Assembly: GCF_009914755.1 (NCBI RefSeq)
Contig: NC_060926.1
Source of the DNA: the human T2T-CHM13v2.0 reference genome, Homo sapiens
DNA: 64,000 bases
Reading direction: 5' to 3' (one strand)
A program made the translations under genes and the position numbers. Below the pieces are notes generated by a model. That model saw only the letters and a list, made by a program, of their open reading frames with translations, was not told where the DNA came from and searched no databases. Positions 45,901-61,923 of this stretch are shown here, in pieces (positions within the stretch are counted from its first letter, which is position 1; every line of letters begins with the position of its first letter).

Positions 45901-46049
45901 AAGTCTTGAGTCTGGGCAAAGAGTGCTGATCAAGAAAATGTAAAAGGTATAACAGCAGACACTGTCACTCAAAGCCTCCACTCCTGTGGACTGTTCAGGC
46001 TGAACAGAGTAGGCTTGAGCACCCCAGCACCGAAAGCCAAAGGGCAGCA

Positions 46050-46240
46050 TTCCAAGACAGCACCCTCTACCAGCTGTGTCTTGGTTAAAGACATTTAATC
46101 TCTCGGAATGATCTGAAAAGTGAAGACAGTAGAATTTCTTCACAGGATTCTGGTAAATTTTAAGCAAGATAATACATGTAAAGTGACTAGAGCAACTGTC
46201 TGGCACATACTTGATATTTAAGAAATGTTAACTACATTTT
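46050..46240. mobile_element. MIR
   Basis: cagctgtgtcttggttaaagacatttaatctctc...ctggcacata...aaatgttaacta. Confidence 0.6.
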
Positions 46241-46369
46241 ATTATGAATGTACTTTTGGGAATGGGGTTTAAAAAAAAACCCTAACCAGTGATTCTTCTT
46301 AATATAATAACTGTTTCACAGAAACAATTACTTTTCTCCATAATACAACCTCTGAGGTCCATCTTAAGT

Positions 46370-48170
46370 ACACTTTTATTTAAAATCTTATTGTAGAAAA
46401 TTTAAAACCTACACAAAAGTAGTAAAAATAGTATAGTTCACTCCCAATTTTGACAAATTAACATCTTGTGTTTCATATATACTCCCTGCCACGTCTCCTC
46501 TCTCCATATTATTTTGAAGCAAACCAAGAATGATATCATTTTACCTATAAATATTTTAGTATGTCTCTAAAAGATGTAAATTAAAAAATACATAACCACA
46601 CAATATGTCATCACACTTTTAAAATTAATAACAATTCCTTCATAGCATCAAATAACCAGTCAGTGTTTAAGCTTCCCCAATTTTCATCTGCATGTTTTTC
46701 CCCAGTTATTTCCTGAATCAGGATCTGAATAAGGTCCAAATAGTTCAGTTGGTTGATATGTCTTTTAAGACTATTTTAGCCTATAGTTCCTCTTCACATT
46801 TTTTTCTTGCAATTTATTTGTGAAAGAAACCAGATTATTGGTACTTCAGAGTTTTCCACAGGCTAGGTTTTGCTGATTGTATCCCTATGGTATATTTTAA
46901 TGCATTCATTCATTTTTCTTTTCCTTCTGAAAACCGATAGTCAGATCTAGAGGCTTGATCAAATTGAGATCTAATCTTTGTCACCAATAAGTTATGGGAC
47001 TTCATCAGGAGGCATATGATGTCTTCACGTCTTTTTCTGACATGACCAGCTGCTTAGTGGTCATTACCTCAATCTGTTATTGTGCGATAGTAATACTCTA
47101 ATCCTACCATTCATTCATTTATGAGCTAATATACTCTTACAAAAAGAAAATCCTGTCATCAATTCTTGATTATCCTGAGGTACAGTTTATAGAGAAAAGA
47201 GGAAAATGCTTCATTTTTTTTCCCTGTGTTTATTTCAAAGTACTGAGTTGGGCCACTAGAATCTTCCACAGGTGGCCACGGAGGGATCTTTTTTTAAGTA
47301 TCATTACCAACTTATGGATTCTAACATATCTCATGTGTTTCGATCTATTACTGATATTATTTGAATTTATAATCAAATTGTTCCATCTTTGGTTAGTAAG
47401 AGCCTGTTCAAATGGACTCCTGAGACACAAATCTAGTAGCCTTTATAGCTTCCTTGCTTCCTATCTCTTCTTTATTTCCTGCCCCAGCCCTAGAATCAAC
47501 CATTTCTCCAAGGACACCCCATTCCTCAGAGTGGGACACGCCTTTTAAATACTACAAGTCTGGTGGCTAGGAGTGCTCAATATTATACAGTCATTGTTTG
47601 TAGGCCATTTCAGTGGATAGAGCTAGAAAATATTTTTTAAATAAAATACATCACAAGTTCATACTGATACTGTAATTCAAATTCAGGACTACAAGTTTTC
47701 TATCAACCTCATTCATCTTCACTGATCTTCATCTTTATCTTCCTTCTCCAATGCCCAAAATTCCAGTATGCAAGGACACAAACATAATTACTCATCTGCT
47801 TTATCTCACAATACTAGTGTCAGGATCACAATATGATTACTAACCCCAATAACACACTCACTGTAAATAATTTAAATTCTTTTTACCTTTTATTTTGTTC
47901 CCATGGTATATATTCCTTGGTAAGTGTAGTCAAATTACTGTGGTTAAAGCTTTAAGAAGCTCTTTTCCGTGTGGTATGCCATGTACTTGTTACACGGTTG
48001 TTTATTTCACTTTGCTTTTGACTTTTAGGAATGGCTTTGTACATTTAATATTGTTTTATAATTATTTAAAACATTTATGTTGTTTCCAAATTTTATCTAC
48101 ATAAAAGGTTTTATTCAGGGAATTCTAACTTAGCTACTTGCCCTTTCTTTCCCTAAAAGAATAATATTTT
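46370..48170 (-). mobile_element. Old L1MC/ME 3' end
   Basis: atttcctgccccagccctagaatcaaccatttctccaagga and cagtggatagagctagaaaa motifs. Confidence 0.65.
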
Positions 48171-51100
48171 ATATTAATGGTTTATCCATTCTATTTTAGT
48201 GATTTGGTGATATTTAGATATTTGATTTTAACCTAATCAACACACTCCCATTTCAGGTGATTGGTAAGAGTAGTACACTATATATACATTTATTTGTCAT
48301 GCTTATTTTACTCAATAGTTCCTGCATTGTACAGCTTTTCTCATTTATACTGAATTCTATTGTTAATTATACAATTACATAATTATATACAACTATATAA
48401 TGATTATACTGATTCAGCAACATAGTCGAACGAAAAAGGTGTCCTGCTTCATGGTGAAATATCCATTGATGATTAGTTTTAAAAGCATACCTCAAGCTTT
48501 CATTTAAGGCATCAGTGTTAAAAGGGAACAACCATAATCTACTTTTTTTAAAAGCTGGCTATTTCTGCTAGAGTCAGTGTTGTATTCCTTTACATTAAAA
48601 TCTGCTGAAAATTAGTAGATGAATTTTCATCTCCTCTTTAGGCATCTGCAGGAGCAAATATTCCATTGATTAAAATGTTGAAATATTGGTATGTAAAAAG
48701 CATGTAAGTTATTTTTCTTTTTACCGGTTTCTTGCTTGTAGAAATTTATAATAGAAATATTAAAATGGAAAAACTCGTAGTCAGAAGAACTGGATGGAAA
48801 TCTTAGCTAAACTGCTAAGTAGCTGAATGACTTTAGGCAAGTCATTTCACTTCTCAGAACTTCAGTTTTCTTACAGTCAAGTGAAAATACTACCACCAAT
48901 GCCAGAGTACTATTGTGGGAAAAAATAATTATTTGAAAGCAATATATAGACCCCAAAGCATTCTGCAAACTTAAAGCATAATAAGCAGGGAATTAAATGG
49001 CTGGTTTGCTAAAATCCAATCTCAAAGTTTTAATTTGTTTGTTTAAAATGATGGTAACGTCAACTGTGAATGAGAGCTTTGCAATCATCCAAGCGGCAGT
49101 CCAGAAACTGAGTTTTTGCCTGAGCAGAACTCAGTTATAAATATCTGTCTTTGGATTTGACATTCAATTCTGAAATGAATCGAACATGCTTCAGAATTTT
49201 AATCTGACATCCAAGAGCTAAAACTCTAAAAGCAGATAAAACATTTTCGAATAAAGCAACCTGCTAATCTCAAGTGACTTTTAATTCCATCTCTGATTAT
49301 TCAATATAGAAAATACATCTTCAGATAAAAACCCATTTCTGAAAATTCATCTCCAAAGCTTTTATGTAATCTAAGTTGGAAATAAAATGTATCTATATTT
49401 TATATTAAGGGAAAATAAAACAATGAAATTAATCATTTTTTGAAAATATTTTAAACAGGCATAAACTTTGTTAAAGAAAGAATATTATATGACATAAACT
49501 TTGAAAAGTGATTCTGCAAATAATAAAGCAATGGGAATAAATAAGAGATTTATTTATAGTTGCCCTTTTTGGACACTACAAATCATGTCCATTAAAATTG
49601 TTCATTCTTGCCTATGAGCTCTGAACATGATTTCAGTTTGAAATCAAAGCTGAGGAAATTTGCCATTCTGCTTTTAAATGGATATCTGCTTTAGGGATTG
49701 CACATTGAAGGGGTATACCTAAGCTCACATGTAAAAATAAAAATATATATTGTATATAGAATTTTTAGTTCTGAATTTTGCAGTTGCCTATTATTTTCTT
49801 CTTTTCAATTAAATCTTGCATGCTGCCAATACTTGTATATCTAAGCTACCAATCTAGTTATGAACACTCACTGGGGGAGGAAGAGCAGAGGAGTTTAGCT
49901 ATGAAACTTTTCAAACACACTCAGAAGCAGAGAGAATAGGTCAATGAGCCTCCACATATCCATCACTCAGATTTAACAATATAAAGAATTTGCCACATTT
50001 ACATCATCTCTTCTTTAATGTTTTGCTGAAGCCTTTTAAAGCAAAGCTCAGACTTCAGACACACTTCAGCTTATATCTCTTAAAAGGATAGACAATTTCT
50101 TACATAACTACAATGTTATTTCAACCATTCTAAAGTTGCCAGTGGTTCCTTGATTTCATCTGTTACCCAATTCATAAGCAAAGTTTCCTAATTGCTTCAA
50201 AATAGTCACCTCAGGGTTGGTATGTTCAAGTTAGAATCCAAACAAAGCCTACACCTTCCATTTGGTATCCCTTCCTTTCTTTCAATACATATTTCTTCAG
50301 TGTCTATTTCTTGCTAGGTGCTTTTGCGTTTATTACCTAATCTCAAGATATCCTCAGGAGGTAATGAGGCAAATATAGGCACTTTTCTGCTAAAACTTGT
50401 GATTTCTCCTTCATACTATGGAGTTGTTACTAGGAAGTAGCTGCTCACGGAGGCCTTGCCAAGGAGTGATTATATGAACCATAATGATCAAGGTTGATCT
50501 AAAGTATTTTCCAGTGCTTTAGACCAAGTTTCTCCTGGTCTGGGGTAGAGATAGGCTCCAATGACAAATGTTCCCAGTAACTTCCCCTTACCTAGATGTA
50601 CTCCCTGTACATCTCCTGTACTTCCTGTACTTCCCTGTACCTAGATGTGGAATGAGGGCATATTTGTTGGTGTACACATCCTCCCAAGACAAAGTTCCCA
50701 ACTCCCTCCTCTGTGCTAAGGTGCCAGGTCACATTTCAATTACATAACTTCTAGCATTTTATTGTAGTCATGTCTATCTTCAACCCATTACACAGTAAAT
50801 CCCAATGGTAGAGAAATTATGCCTAATTCAATTTTGAACCTCTAGGGCTTATCACGGCCCCTGCCATATAAAAATTTGTAAAATAAAAAATGAAATGGAA
50901 CAATTACACATCACATTTTTAGAGTGTGATTTAAGAGGCAGGCATATCATTTTTCTGAGAGTGGTCTTCTAATGCATCTACACAAAATCACAGCACTGTG
51001 GAGGAACTAAGAAATGGAAAGTTGCAATATACAAAATTACAGAATGTCTGACAGAAACAAAGGGTGGCAGAAGGAAAGAGTCTGAGAAAATTTTATACTT

Positions 51101-52189
51101 TCAAGTAAGAAATTGCTATGAAATACTAAAATATAAAGCAAACCAAATTGTAGTTAAGATGTCATAGATCCATCACTTAATCTTTGCATGGGAACATCTC
51201 TGGTTGATTAGCAGTTAAGCTATTTCTCAGTATTACCAGGACTGAAATAACGTAATTCAAATCAATGCTTAACAATCTTTATTGTTTAAAAAGCCTACCC
51301 CAAATCCTTTACACTTCAGCTTAAGCATATTTCTTATTTCATCAGAGGTAAGCAGCTGGCTGCCATGCTAACCAGATCTCTTTATATACTCTGAGACCCT
51401 CCAAATATGTACTGCTTATTCCAATCTTTAAAATAGACAGCCCTCTTCACACTCTTCCTTATGCATCCTGTTGGGCATGTTCGTTTATGTAATTCATCAT
51501 TTTAAATCATCCATTTAAAATGCTACATTCCTTAGCTTCACCTCTTTCTAAGCCCCTTCTGTTAATGTCTCCAGTCCCATTTACTACATTAATTCCTTCC
51601 CCCTCTCAAATTCACATTCTGCTCTCTACATCTTAACAGAAGGGCTATTTTAGATAATAATTTACCCTACATTTCATCCCTTCATTTGAAGTATCCAATG
51701 ATAAAATTAAAACAGTCCCAATCAGAATCATGAAACCAACCTTAAAACAGTCTCCATCTGTCTTGGGAAGATTTGCGTTGCTCTAGATGTGTTGATGAAT
51801 TTTTAGCACAAATTAAACCTCACAGACTCATTCCTCAAGTATTTCTACAAGTGTTCTGTGTTCTACCATTATGTCACCCTCTGATACTTTAGAATGGTAC
51901 AGCTGTTTTGAAGCTGAATGACAGTGATTCAAACAGGCATGCTTACAACTTACAAAACTAGAGGAAATTTCTGAGAGGTAAAGTGACTGGTCCCAGAGAA
52001 GGAGTGTTCTCCATGATACTATGCTGCTTGTTATAAGGTCTGCTGTTCTGCTTTCTTTTACTGCTACCCAAAAGGTTTGGCAGATAAAACTACTGGTAAA
52101 ATGGAACTTAAAATAAAATGTCTTTGCCAGCCTTAGAAACTAACAGTAAATTAAAAAAACGCAATAGCTAAGCCTTATTTACATATCAC

Positions 52190-52400
52190 TGACTACATGT
52201 CACGTGCTTTAACAGTAAATTAACTCATTCAACAGTTGACATATTCAATCTTTAGAATACTGTTGTGAGGGAAACATTTTTATCATCCTCATGTTACGAT
52301 GAAGAAACTGAGGCCAGAGAGTTTAAGTAACTTGCCCAAAGTCATACATGATTTGGATGAAATTAAAATTCAGAGAATCTGGCTTCAGAGTCAGTGTTGT
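52190..52400. mobile_element. MIR
   Basis: Core gatgaagaaactgaggccagagagtttaagtaacttgcccaaagtcatac. Confidence 0.75.
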
Positions 52401-53699
52401 TCATCATGACATTTATTATATTATAAATAGTTCAGTAGATTAATCTTTGTGACACAGGGCATATGTCTTCTAAGGTAACACAGTTTTAGTAAATATGAAC
52501 ATTTCCACAGTAATGTTTCGTTATACTTAACAAAAAAACAGACAAAGTAATCAGTGTGGTATTAATGTGCCACCCATGGGAAGCAATAAACTGCTGAGAC
52601 CATTTTTACTAGTGCATGACTATATATGCCTGATTTTGAATAAAAATGTTTTTAAATCTAAAAAACAGTCTTAATATAAACATCAGCTGTTTATATAAAA
52701 TTATTTTAAAGACTCAAATAATGTTTAGACCAATTCTCTTGTCTAATTAATGGAACAGCTCAGAGGTAGAAGCACGATATTATAAGATTTATAAACTGTG
52801 CATGATATTTTGCACATTATCATTATTTGACTATGACCAACATACATGTTACAAATCTCAATGGACAGAACAATCAATCAGCAAATATCAGTAGCATTTA
52901 CTGAGTGCAAAGCCCTGGACTAGAGTCTATAAAGCATCAAAGAAAGATAATTCAGATGTAAAGAGGCTCAGCCCCTTTCTTAAAAAAAAAAATACAGCCA
53001 GTAACAGAGCATCTGCTAAGAACTAAATATCCAACTTAGTTGGGATCTTTCGATTATAAGAGTAAAAATTCACTCAGGTTGTGCTACACAATGGAGATTG
53101 ATTATAATCCTGTATCTGGAAATAAGAAAGACAGGCATTTCCACCACATAATTAGAGCACCCAAGAACTCAACTCAGGCTTGGAGAGACAGAAATGGGTT
53201 CAAGATCGGAAGGTCATTTGGGATCCAAAGCAGCTCTGGCAACTGTGTTACCAACACAAGTCTGTTTATCCCTGTTCTGCTTATCATCATCTTTGCTTCT
53301 CTCCAACACTGGTTTTTGTTTTCAACTGCTTCTCTCTCTGTGTGTATCCAAAGGGAACCTTATTGTCAGTTTTGCTACTACCATTATTGCTGGGCTGAGC
53401 TTTCTCACAAATACCACCTTCAGCATTACCAGAAGATGTACTCACATAGAGGGAAGACCTCTTCACTTGACCTACACCTCCTGAAACCATGGAGCCACTA
53501 TCAACACCTGAGGGACTCAAAGACTCAAGTGCTTCTAAGACATCTGGACCAGTGTTAAGAATACAGCAATTAGAATGCCAGTGGGATTGCTCCAGTTTCT
53601 TACTCAGAGCCTGATTTCCATAACATGACATACACAGTCTGTGGGAGGCAAGATATAATATGGCATAAACGTTTTCATGATCTACAGGAGCCTGAATGG

Positions 53700-53940
53700 A
53701 GCAGTGGGGGAGAAGGTACTCTAAAGGCGTATTACCTGTGTTCAAATTTAACTCTGATGCTTTCAAGGTATGTGACCATGTGCAAGTTATTTAACCTATC
53801 TGTACCTCAGTTTCCTTGTCAAGAAAATTGAGATAATAGTAGTCTCTCCTTCACAGGATTGTTATGAGGATAAAAGAAATAAATCATTCAAAGAGCAGGA
53901 TGTGCTGGGCACACAGTGAGCACTTGAATTTTAGCTATTA
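53700..53940. mobile_element. MIR
   Basis: tgtgaccatgtgcaagttatttaacctatctgtacctcagtttcc...caggattgttatgagga. Confidence 0.75.
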
Positions 53941-54149
53941 TTTTCTTACTACTTCGAACACACCTTATCAACTACATCCCTTGTGACTCCACAGCACAAA
54001 ACTCCTATCCAAACACATTATGCTCCTTTGTGCCTCTGTTCTTACCCACTGCCTGGATCTTCTTCCCCTAATACTTTCTAGTGAAGCCCTTCTCATTCCT
54101 CAAAGTTCAGAACAAATTTCCTTTTGGAGCAATGCCCTCTGTCATTGAT

Positions 54150-54650
54150 AATCTCTAGAGGGGCTTCCAACAATTCCTCCAGTTCAATATACTCATGACA
54201 CTCTTCTCATCAAGAGGTGGGCAATTCAATTCCCTCATGTTGAATCTGGCCTTGGGACTGGCTTGGACTACAGAATGAGGTGAAAGTGATATCCTGGAAC
54301 TCTCAAGCCTAGGCCATAAGAGAATTCTCAGTCTTCACTTTCTGTTCTTGGAACCCGGCCACTGTACTAGGAAAAAACCATGCCATATGGAGAGGTTATA
54401 TGGGGGGAACCAAGGCGTACTGGTTAAACACTCCAGATTAGCTCCCAGCCTATGCCAGGACCAACCATCAGCCATGTGAATGAAACATCCTGGATGGTCC
54501 GGTCCAGCCAAGTCCCAAATGAATGCAACTCTAGGCATCATCACATGCTCAGTAGATTTTAGCCCATAGATGTGTAAGGCATAATAAAATGATTGTGGTT
54601 TTAAGCCACTAAGTTTTGGGTTGTTATAGCAAGATGAAACCAAAACACCA
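54150..54650. mobile_element. MLT1 (H/I/J-like) LTR
   Basis: tgaatctggccttgggactggc...gattgtggttttaagccactaagttttgggttgttatagca. Confidence 0.65.
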
Positions 54651-54779
54651 TTCATGAAACTCCTGGACAGGGTAGGTATTTCTTAGATTAAGCTCTCATA
54701 ATTCTAATCTGTAACTTAACAAATTATATTATTATAATTATTTCTTTTTATGTCTGTGTCTTCTCCTGGTTTCAAGGCG

Positions 54780-54970
54780 TGGGTTTGAATCCCAGCTATA
54801 GGTTTATGTGGCAAATTACCTAACTTGCCTGTGCCTCTTAGTTTCCTTATTTATAAAATGGAAATAATGAGAGTTCCTACTTCATAGGATCCAGTTAAGG
54901 ATTAAATGAATATGTAAAAAACATAGAATGGTGCCTGGCATTCAGTAAGACCTATATAATGGTTAGCTGC
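54780..54970. mobile_element. MIR
   Basis: gggtttgaatcccagct...tataaaatggaaataat...agaatggtgcctggca. Confidence 0.7.
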
Positions 54971-56499
54971 TACTGCTGCTGTTCCTCCTCCTTCTGCTAT
55001 TATAAAGACACAGTAACAAAGGCAGTGTCATTTTACATAATGGATAGACAAAGAGGACACTGGAGTCCTACAATAAATAGTGCTTGGACAATTAGCTCTC
55101 TAACTTATTATGCTAGACATAAAAATAAATTCCAGAGAGAATTTTGCTTTTAAAACACAAAAACTTCATAACATTTAGAGGAAAATATGGGAGAGTATCT
55201 TTAATAGCTTGGCTTACAGGGAAAAATATCTTAAACCTGATGAAAAAGCAGAAATCATTAAGGAAGATTGTTAAATATAACCATACTAAAAATTTTAAAT
55301 TTTGTACCAACAAACAGACAAAAAAATGCCATAAACAATGTTAAAAGACAAGCCAGAAACTGGGAAAATAAATTTACCCAGATTAATGTCCAAAATATGT
55401 AAAGAACTCATTCTAATTAATAATAAAAAGCAAATAACCCAATACAAAATGTACAAGATGATAAACAAGCTATTTGCATAAGGAAAAACCAAACAGTTAA
55501 TAATATAATAAAATTCTAAGACAACATGCCCCTCAATTTTAAATAATAGGATATTTCATGCTTTGTAATTGGCTCCTTGTCTTCTGCCTGGGTCTTCAGC
55601 TAAAGTTATCTTTTGAATAAGAAGAGGGAGAAGTTGGTGAGGCATGGAGGTCATGAAGGGAAGCCTAGGCTCCCCCAGTCCCCAGAATTTTTCCATCCCG
55701 GTCTTTGCAGATAAGGCTGATTAGAGCCGTTAACCTTTCAATAACGTAACCTGATATTTTACATCACTAAATTTTTACACCCCACTTATCACATCTTGGT
55801 AATGTTTTGTAACACTGATATCTTACTTAAGGCTCAACACACTTGTAAGACATTCTCACATGTTAACTCAGAAAAACCCCACAATGTTGGTATGATTATT
55901 ATTCCTAATTTGTCAATGAGCCACAAAATGGTGGCAAGCCCAAGGTCACCCAGAAGAGTCAAGATTTAAAACCAAGTTATCTGGCTTTTACATCCAGCTC
56001 TTAACCCAATACTATTATTGCCTCCAAACATATGATACATGAAAAGATGCTCAATCTGACTAGTAATCAGGGAAATACAAAATTGCAGAATTCAATTTCA
56101 CGCCATATACAGAACGACAGAACATTTAAAAGTCTAACAATGAATACTATGAGGATGTAGAGCAATGGCAATCCATACGCTTCTAGAGGGCTTATAAATT
56201 GGTACAAACACTATCAGGAGGCATTCGGAAGATATGTATTCTTAATGACAGAGCAGTTTCACTTCTAGGTATACGGTTGAGAAAATACTTGCCAAGGAAA
56301 TAAACAGAGAAATGTCCGTTTCTACCATGTTTGCATTGGTAAATGGATATGAAATATTATTTACATTTATATAAATGTCTATAAGTGAATGACTAGATAA
56401 ATTTGGTATGCTCACACAATGGAATGCTATTCAACAGCTGAAATGAATAAGTTGAAACTACTAGCTGTATCATAGATAAATCCTAAAATTATAATGTCA

Positions 56500-57552
<1,053 letters not shown>

Positions 57553-59962
57553 TATAATTTTTATATGATACATGCATGCAAAGTAAAGTGCACACTCAAG
57601 AATGGAGATGGTACACACTAAATTCAAAGCTATGGTTACCTGTGAAGAGAAAGGGATAAAGCAAAGGCACACAGAAACATCAGCTGTAGCTGTAATGTAG
57701 TGCTGGCCTAAAAAAAATAACTAAGGCAAATATGTTGAGGTTTAATAAAATTGGGTGGCAGGTGCATGGTGGTAAGCTAGTTTGTATACTTGTCTCTATA
57801 TTTCAAGTATTTCATAATAAAAATATAAAAACAAATGAAGTGTGGTAAAACAGAGAACATTCCAAAAATAAATGACAAAGAGGAGATTTACATATATTTC
57901 ATCGAAGACCTTTTTTGAGAAACATTGCTTTACAGGAGCATCTGTTACTGTGTCTAGGCCCTTAACTTTGATGGGTCCTACCTCCCTTTAGAGCCTTAAC
58001 AAAAGAAATTGTTTCTACTACAGCAATAACATTACAGCTTTGCAAAAAAACAACAAAACACATATTATGATTAACAGGAAAATAAAGTCAGTGGCAACAT
58101 GTTTATGAAAATATCAGCAATGTGTTCCTCCTAACCTGGAAAAATATGCCATAGGACAGACAGATAACAATAGGTGAAATAGATAAATGAAATATTCTTT
58201 AACTACCATTTAATAGAGAATTGGTAGTTTCTCCTCCATGTAGAAGAGAAAACATTCAGGATTAATAATTTTGAATCAGGTTGATAGCTGTCAAGCTATG
58301 ATTACTGCCTCTAGAATATGAAAACATAAAAGCTCAAGGGCAAAGAAAAAAAATCACTTAGTATCCATGTATTAGTTTACTGGCCCCTTACTCTGTTCAT
58401 TTATATTACACCATCTAAGTTTCAGGAAAAAGTAATCTAATCTGAGATTCAGTTACATGGAAGGACGGATCAAGAAGTTATGGCATGTAAAGAACTTTGT
58501 CTCATGAAGAGAACTCATAAAGAGTTTCAGTAAAACTCTCTCTCTTCTATCTTTGTGTTTCTTGCCATTGAATTATGCTCTGTTACCTTTATAGCTTATT
58601 CTATTTTGTATATCTTCATATTCACGTGCAAACATAGTAATGCCCCACTTAACTAGTCATTAACATGGCAATCTAAATTACATGAAACATGGCCAAGGAA
58701 ATATACACATAAGACCCAAGAACAATCAAAATACAAGTCACAGAGTTCTATCGTTGAGTCTTATGCTACATACAGTGCTAAAAAATTTAATCATAGATTC
58801 AACTACAGATAAAAGCTGTTTAAAAAGACATAAGTATGACATCTGGAAGTATCATTAAAGAAACATGGGAAAAATACAAATTTATTACAGAAATTTTGAA
58901 AAACCTAATGGGTCACGTGGGACACGAGCAAAAAATCCATCGTATCTAAATAACTCACAAAAATGCTATAATACTTATGATGATTCACAATGAATCATGA
59001 CCCTGAATTATCGAGAAAAAAAATTATATTTATTCAGTATACCTTAAGAACTGTGGGAAAATGACTTTAAGCCACTGATTCTAACATTCATCCAGAAAAA
59101 CAAATATGTAAGCATGTTCTGAAAAAAATAACATTTGTCTTATCAGTTTTAAGATACAATGTAATGAGATAATAATGAAAAGAGTGAGGTAATACCACAA
59201 AAATAATGAGACCAATGGAACAGAATTATCTTCAAACAGAAAGATTGATATATGTCAGTAATCTTTGAAAAGGGAACATCAGGAGTCAATATGTAATTAT
59301 CTAATAAATGTTACTGAAATACTTGGTCAACTATTTTGAATATTGTCTTCTTAGGGGAATTTATAATCTCATCTGAAACTATATATCAAATAAATTCCAG
59401 ATAGGAAGAGCTTTTAAAAAAAATTTTTAAGTGATTGTTTTATAAAGGAAGGACGTTAAGCATAGAGCAAAATGACTTTAAAAAGAAGAAAAGAAAAACA
59501 GACAATTTCAAAATGCAAATACATTTTTATAATTATAAAAGTAATTTGTGAGAAAATCTGAAATCTTAAAATGCATATAAAAATAAACAAGAAAGTTTGT
59601 TGATTTTCCTAACAATCAAGAGAAAATATTGTTACATTTCAGAATATATTCTTTATTTTTTTAGTATGTGTTTATATACATTGACACAAATATATATACA
59701 AAAAATCACAAAAATTATTTCGTGAATGGGATTGTAGTTGCCTTATAATTTAAAGTTTTTAATTTCTACATTAAGGAGTGTGTTCCATGTAAATAAATAT
59801 GGATCCACATTGTCATCATCATCATCATCATTTCCAATCACTACAAAATATCTTATTCTATTAAAATATCTTATTCTATTAAAATAAAACTTTTGGAAGT
59901 AAACACAAATAAAACCAATTTTCTCTTTCAACTACTGGTGTAAAAGTCAATTTTGGTTGTTT

Positions 59963-61923
59963 TCTCTTCCAAGATGGTGGAATAGAGGCTTTTAACATGC
60001 CTCGGCCTTTTGGAAATAACAAGATAGTGCATAAAGATTAAGTGAGCTTTCATTCAAGAAGGAAAATGGGAATATAAGAAGTCAAACTGTCCCTCCTCAC
60101 TGAAGATATGATTTTATACCTAGAAAACCCTGCAGACTCCATCAAAAGGTTCCCAGAACTGACAGATGACTTCAGTAAAGTTTCAGACACAAAATCAATG
60201 TAGAAAAATCAGTAGCATTTCTATACATCAATAATGTTCAAGCTGAGAGCCAAATCAAGAATGCAATCTCATTTACAATAGCCACACACACAAAAATAAA
60301 ATACCTAGGAATACATCTAACCAAGGATGTAAAAGATTTTCATAGTGATAACTTCAAAACACTGCTGAAAGAAATCAGAGATGGTACAAATGGAAAAATA
60401 TTCCATGATCATGGGTTAGAAGAATTAATATTGTTAAAATAACCATATCACCCAAAACAATCTGCAGAGTCAACATTAATTCTATCCCACTACCAGCATC
60501 ATTTTTCACAGAACTAAAAAGAACTATTATTAAATTCATATAGAACCAAAAAAGAGCCCAAATATTGAAAGCAATCCTAAGCAAAAAGAACAAAGTCATA
60601 GATATTGCATTACCTGACTTCAAACTATACTATATGGCTGTAATAACCAAAACAGTGTGGTACAAAAACAGATTCACAGATCAATGTAACTGAATAGAGA
60701 ACCCAGAAATAAAGCTGCACACCTACAGCCTTTTGATCTTTGACAAAGTTGACAAAAATAAGCAATGGGAAAAGGACTCCCTATTCAGTAAATGGTGCTG
60801 AGATAGCTGGCTAGCCATATGAAGAAGAATAAAACTAGACCTCTACATTTTAACATGTACAAAAATTAACACAACATGGATTATTTAAATGTAAGACCTC
60901 AAACGATAAGAATCCTAGAAAAAAACCTAGGAAACACCATCCTGGACATTGGCCTTGGGAAAAAATTTATGACTAAAACCTCAAAAGCAACTGCCACACA
61001 CACAAAAAAAAATTGACGAGTGGGACCTAATTAAAATAAAGACCTTCCACACAGCAAAAGAAACTATCAACAGAATAAACAGACAACCTACAAAAGGGAA
61101 GAACTTATTTATAAACTATGCATCTGACAAATGTCTAATATCCAGTCTATAGGGAACTTAATTGAACAAGCAAAAAACAACCCATTTAAAAATGGGCAAA
61201 AGACATGAACAGACATTTCTCAAAAGAAGACATACAAGTGGCCAATAAACTATGAAAAATGCTCAATATCACTAATCATCAGAGAAATGCAAATTAAAAC
61301 CACAATGACAACACTATGTTACACCAATCAGAACGGCTATTATTAAAAAGTCAAAAACCAACAGGTGCAGGCGGGGTTGCAGAGAAAGGGGAATGCTTAT
61401 ACACTGTTGGAGGGAATGTAAATTCGTTCAGCAACTGGGGAAAGCAGTTTGGAGGTTTCTCAAAGAACCTAAAACAGAACTACCGTTTAACCCAGCAATC
61501 CCATTACTGGGTATCTAGCCAAAAGAAAATTAATTCTTCTACCAAAAACACTGATGTACTCACATGTTCATTGCAGCACTGTTCACGATAGCAAAGACAT
61601 GGAATTCAAACTAGGTGTCCATCAGTGGTGGACTGGATAAAGAAACGCGGTACACATACATCATGGAATACTATGTGGCCATAAAAAAGGAATGAAATAA
61701 TGTGTTTTGCCACAATATGGATGCAGCTGGAGGCCATTAATCTAAGTGAAGTAACACACCAACTGAAAACCAAACATTGCATGTTCTCACTTATAAGTGG
61801 GAGCTAAACATTAGGTACTCATGGAAATAAAGATGGCAACAATAAAAACCGGCAACCACTAGAGCACAGAGGGAGAGAAGGGGGAAAGGGTTGACAAACT
61901 ATTGAGTACTATGCTCAGTACCT
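59963..61923 (+). mobile_element. L1PB-type LINE-1: short 5' end joined directly to the ORF2 3' half; no poly-A
   Basis: ccaagatggtggaatagaggc at ~59969; gaagtcaaactgtccctc (RT region) at ~60078; 3'UTR stops at tatgctcagtacct. Confidence 0.8.

Noticed and set aside
50588-50650. Short cctgtac-type repeats bounded by cctagatgt
   Set aside because: Small irregular slippage repeat without spacers.
53040-53766. Overlapping 172-aa and 159-aa ORFs
   Set aside because: No recognisable domain, the + strand ORF starts at TTG, and the region looks like decayed repeat-derived DNA.
59845-59886. 18-bp tandem duplication aaaatatcttattctatt
   Set aside because: Ordinary slippage in AT-rich DNA with no functional hint.
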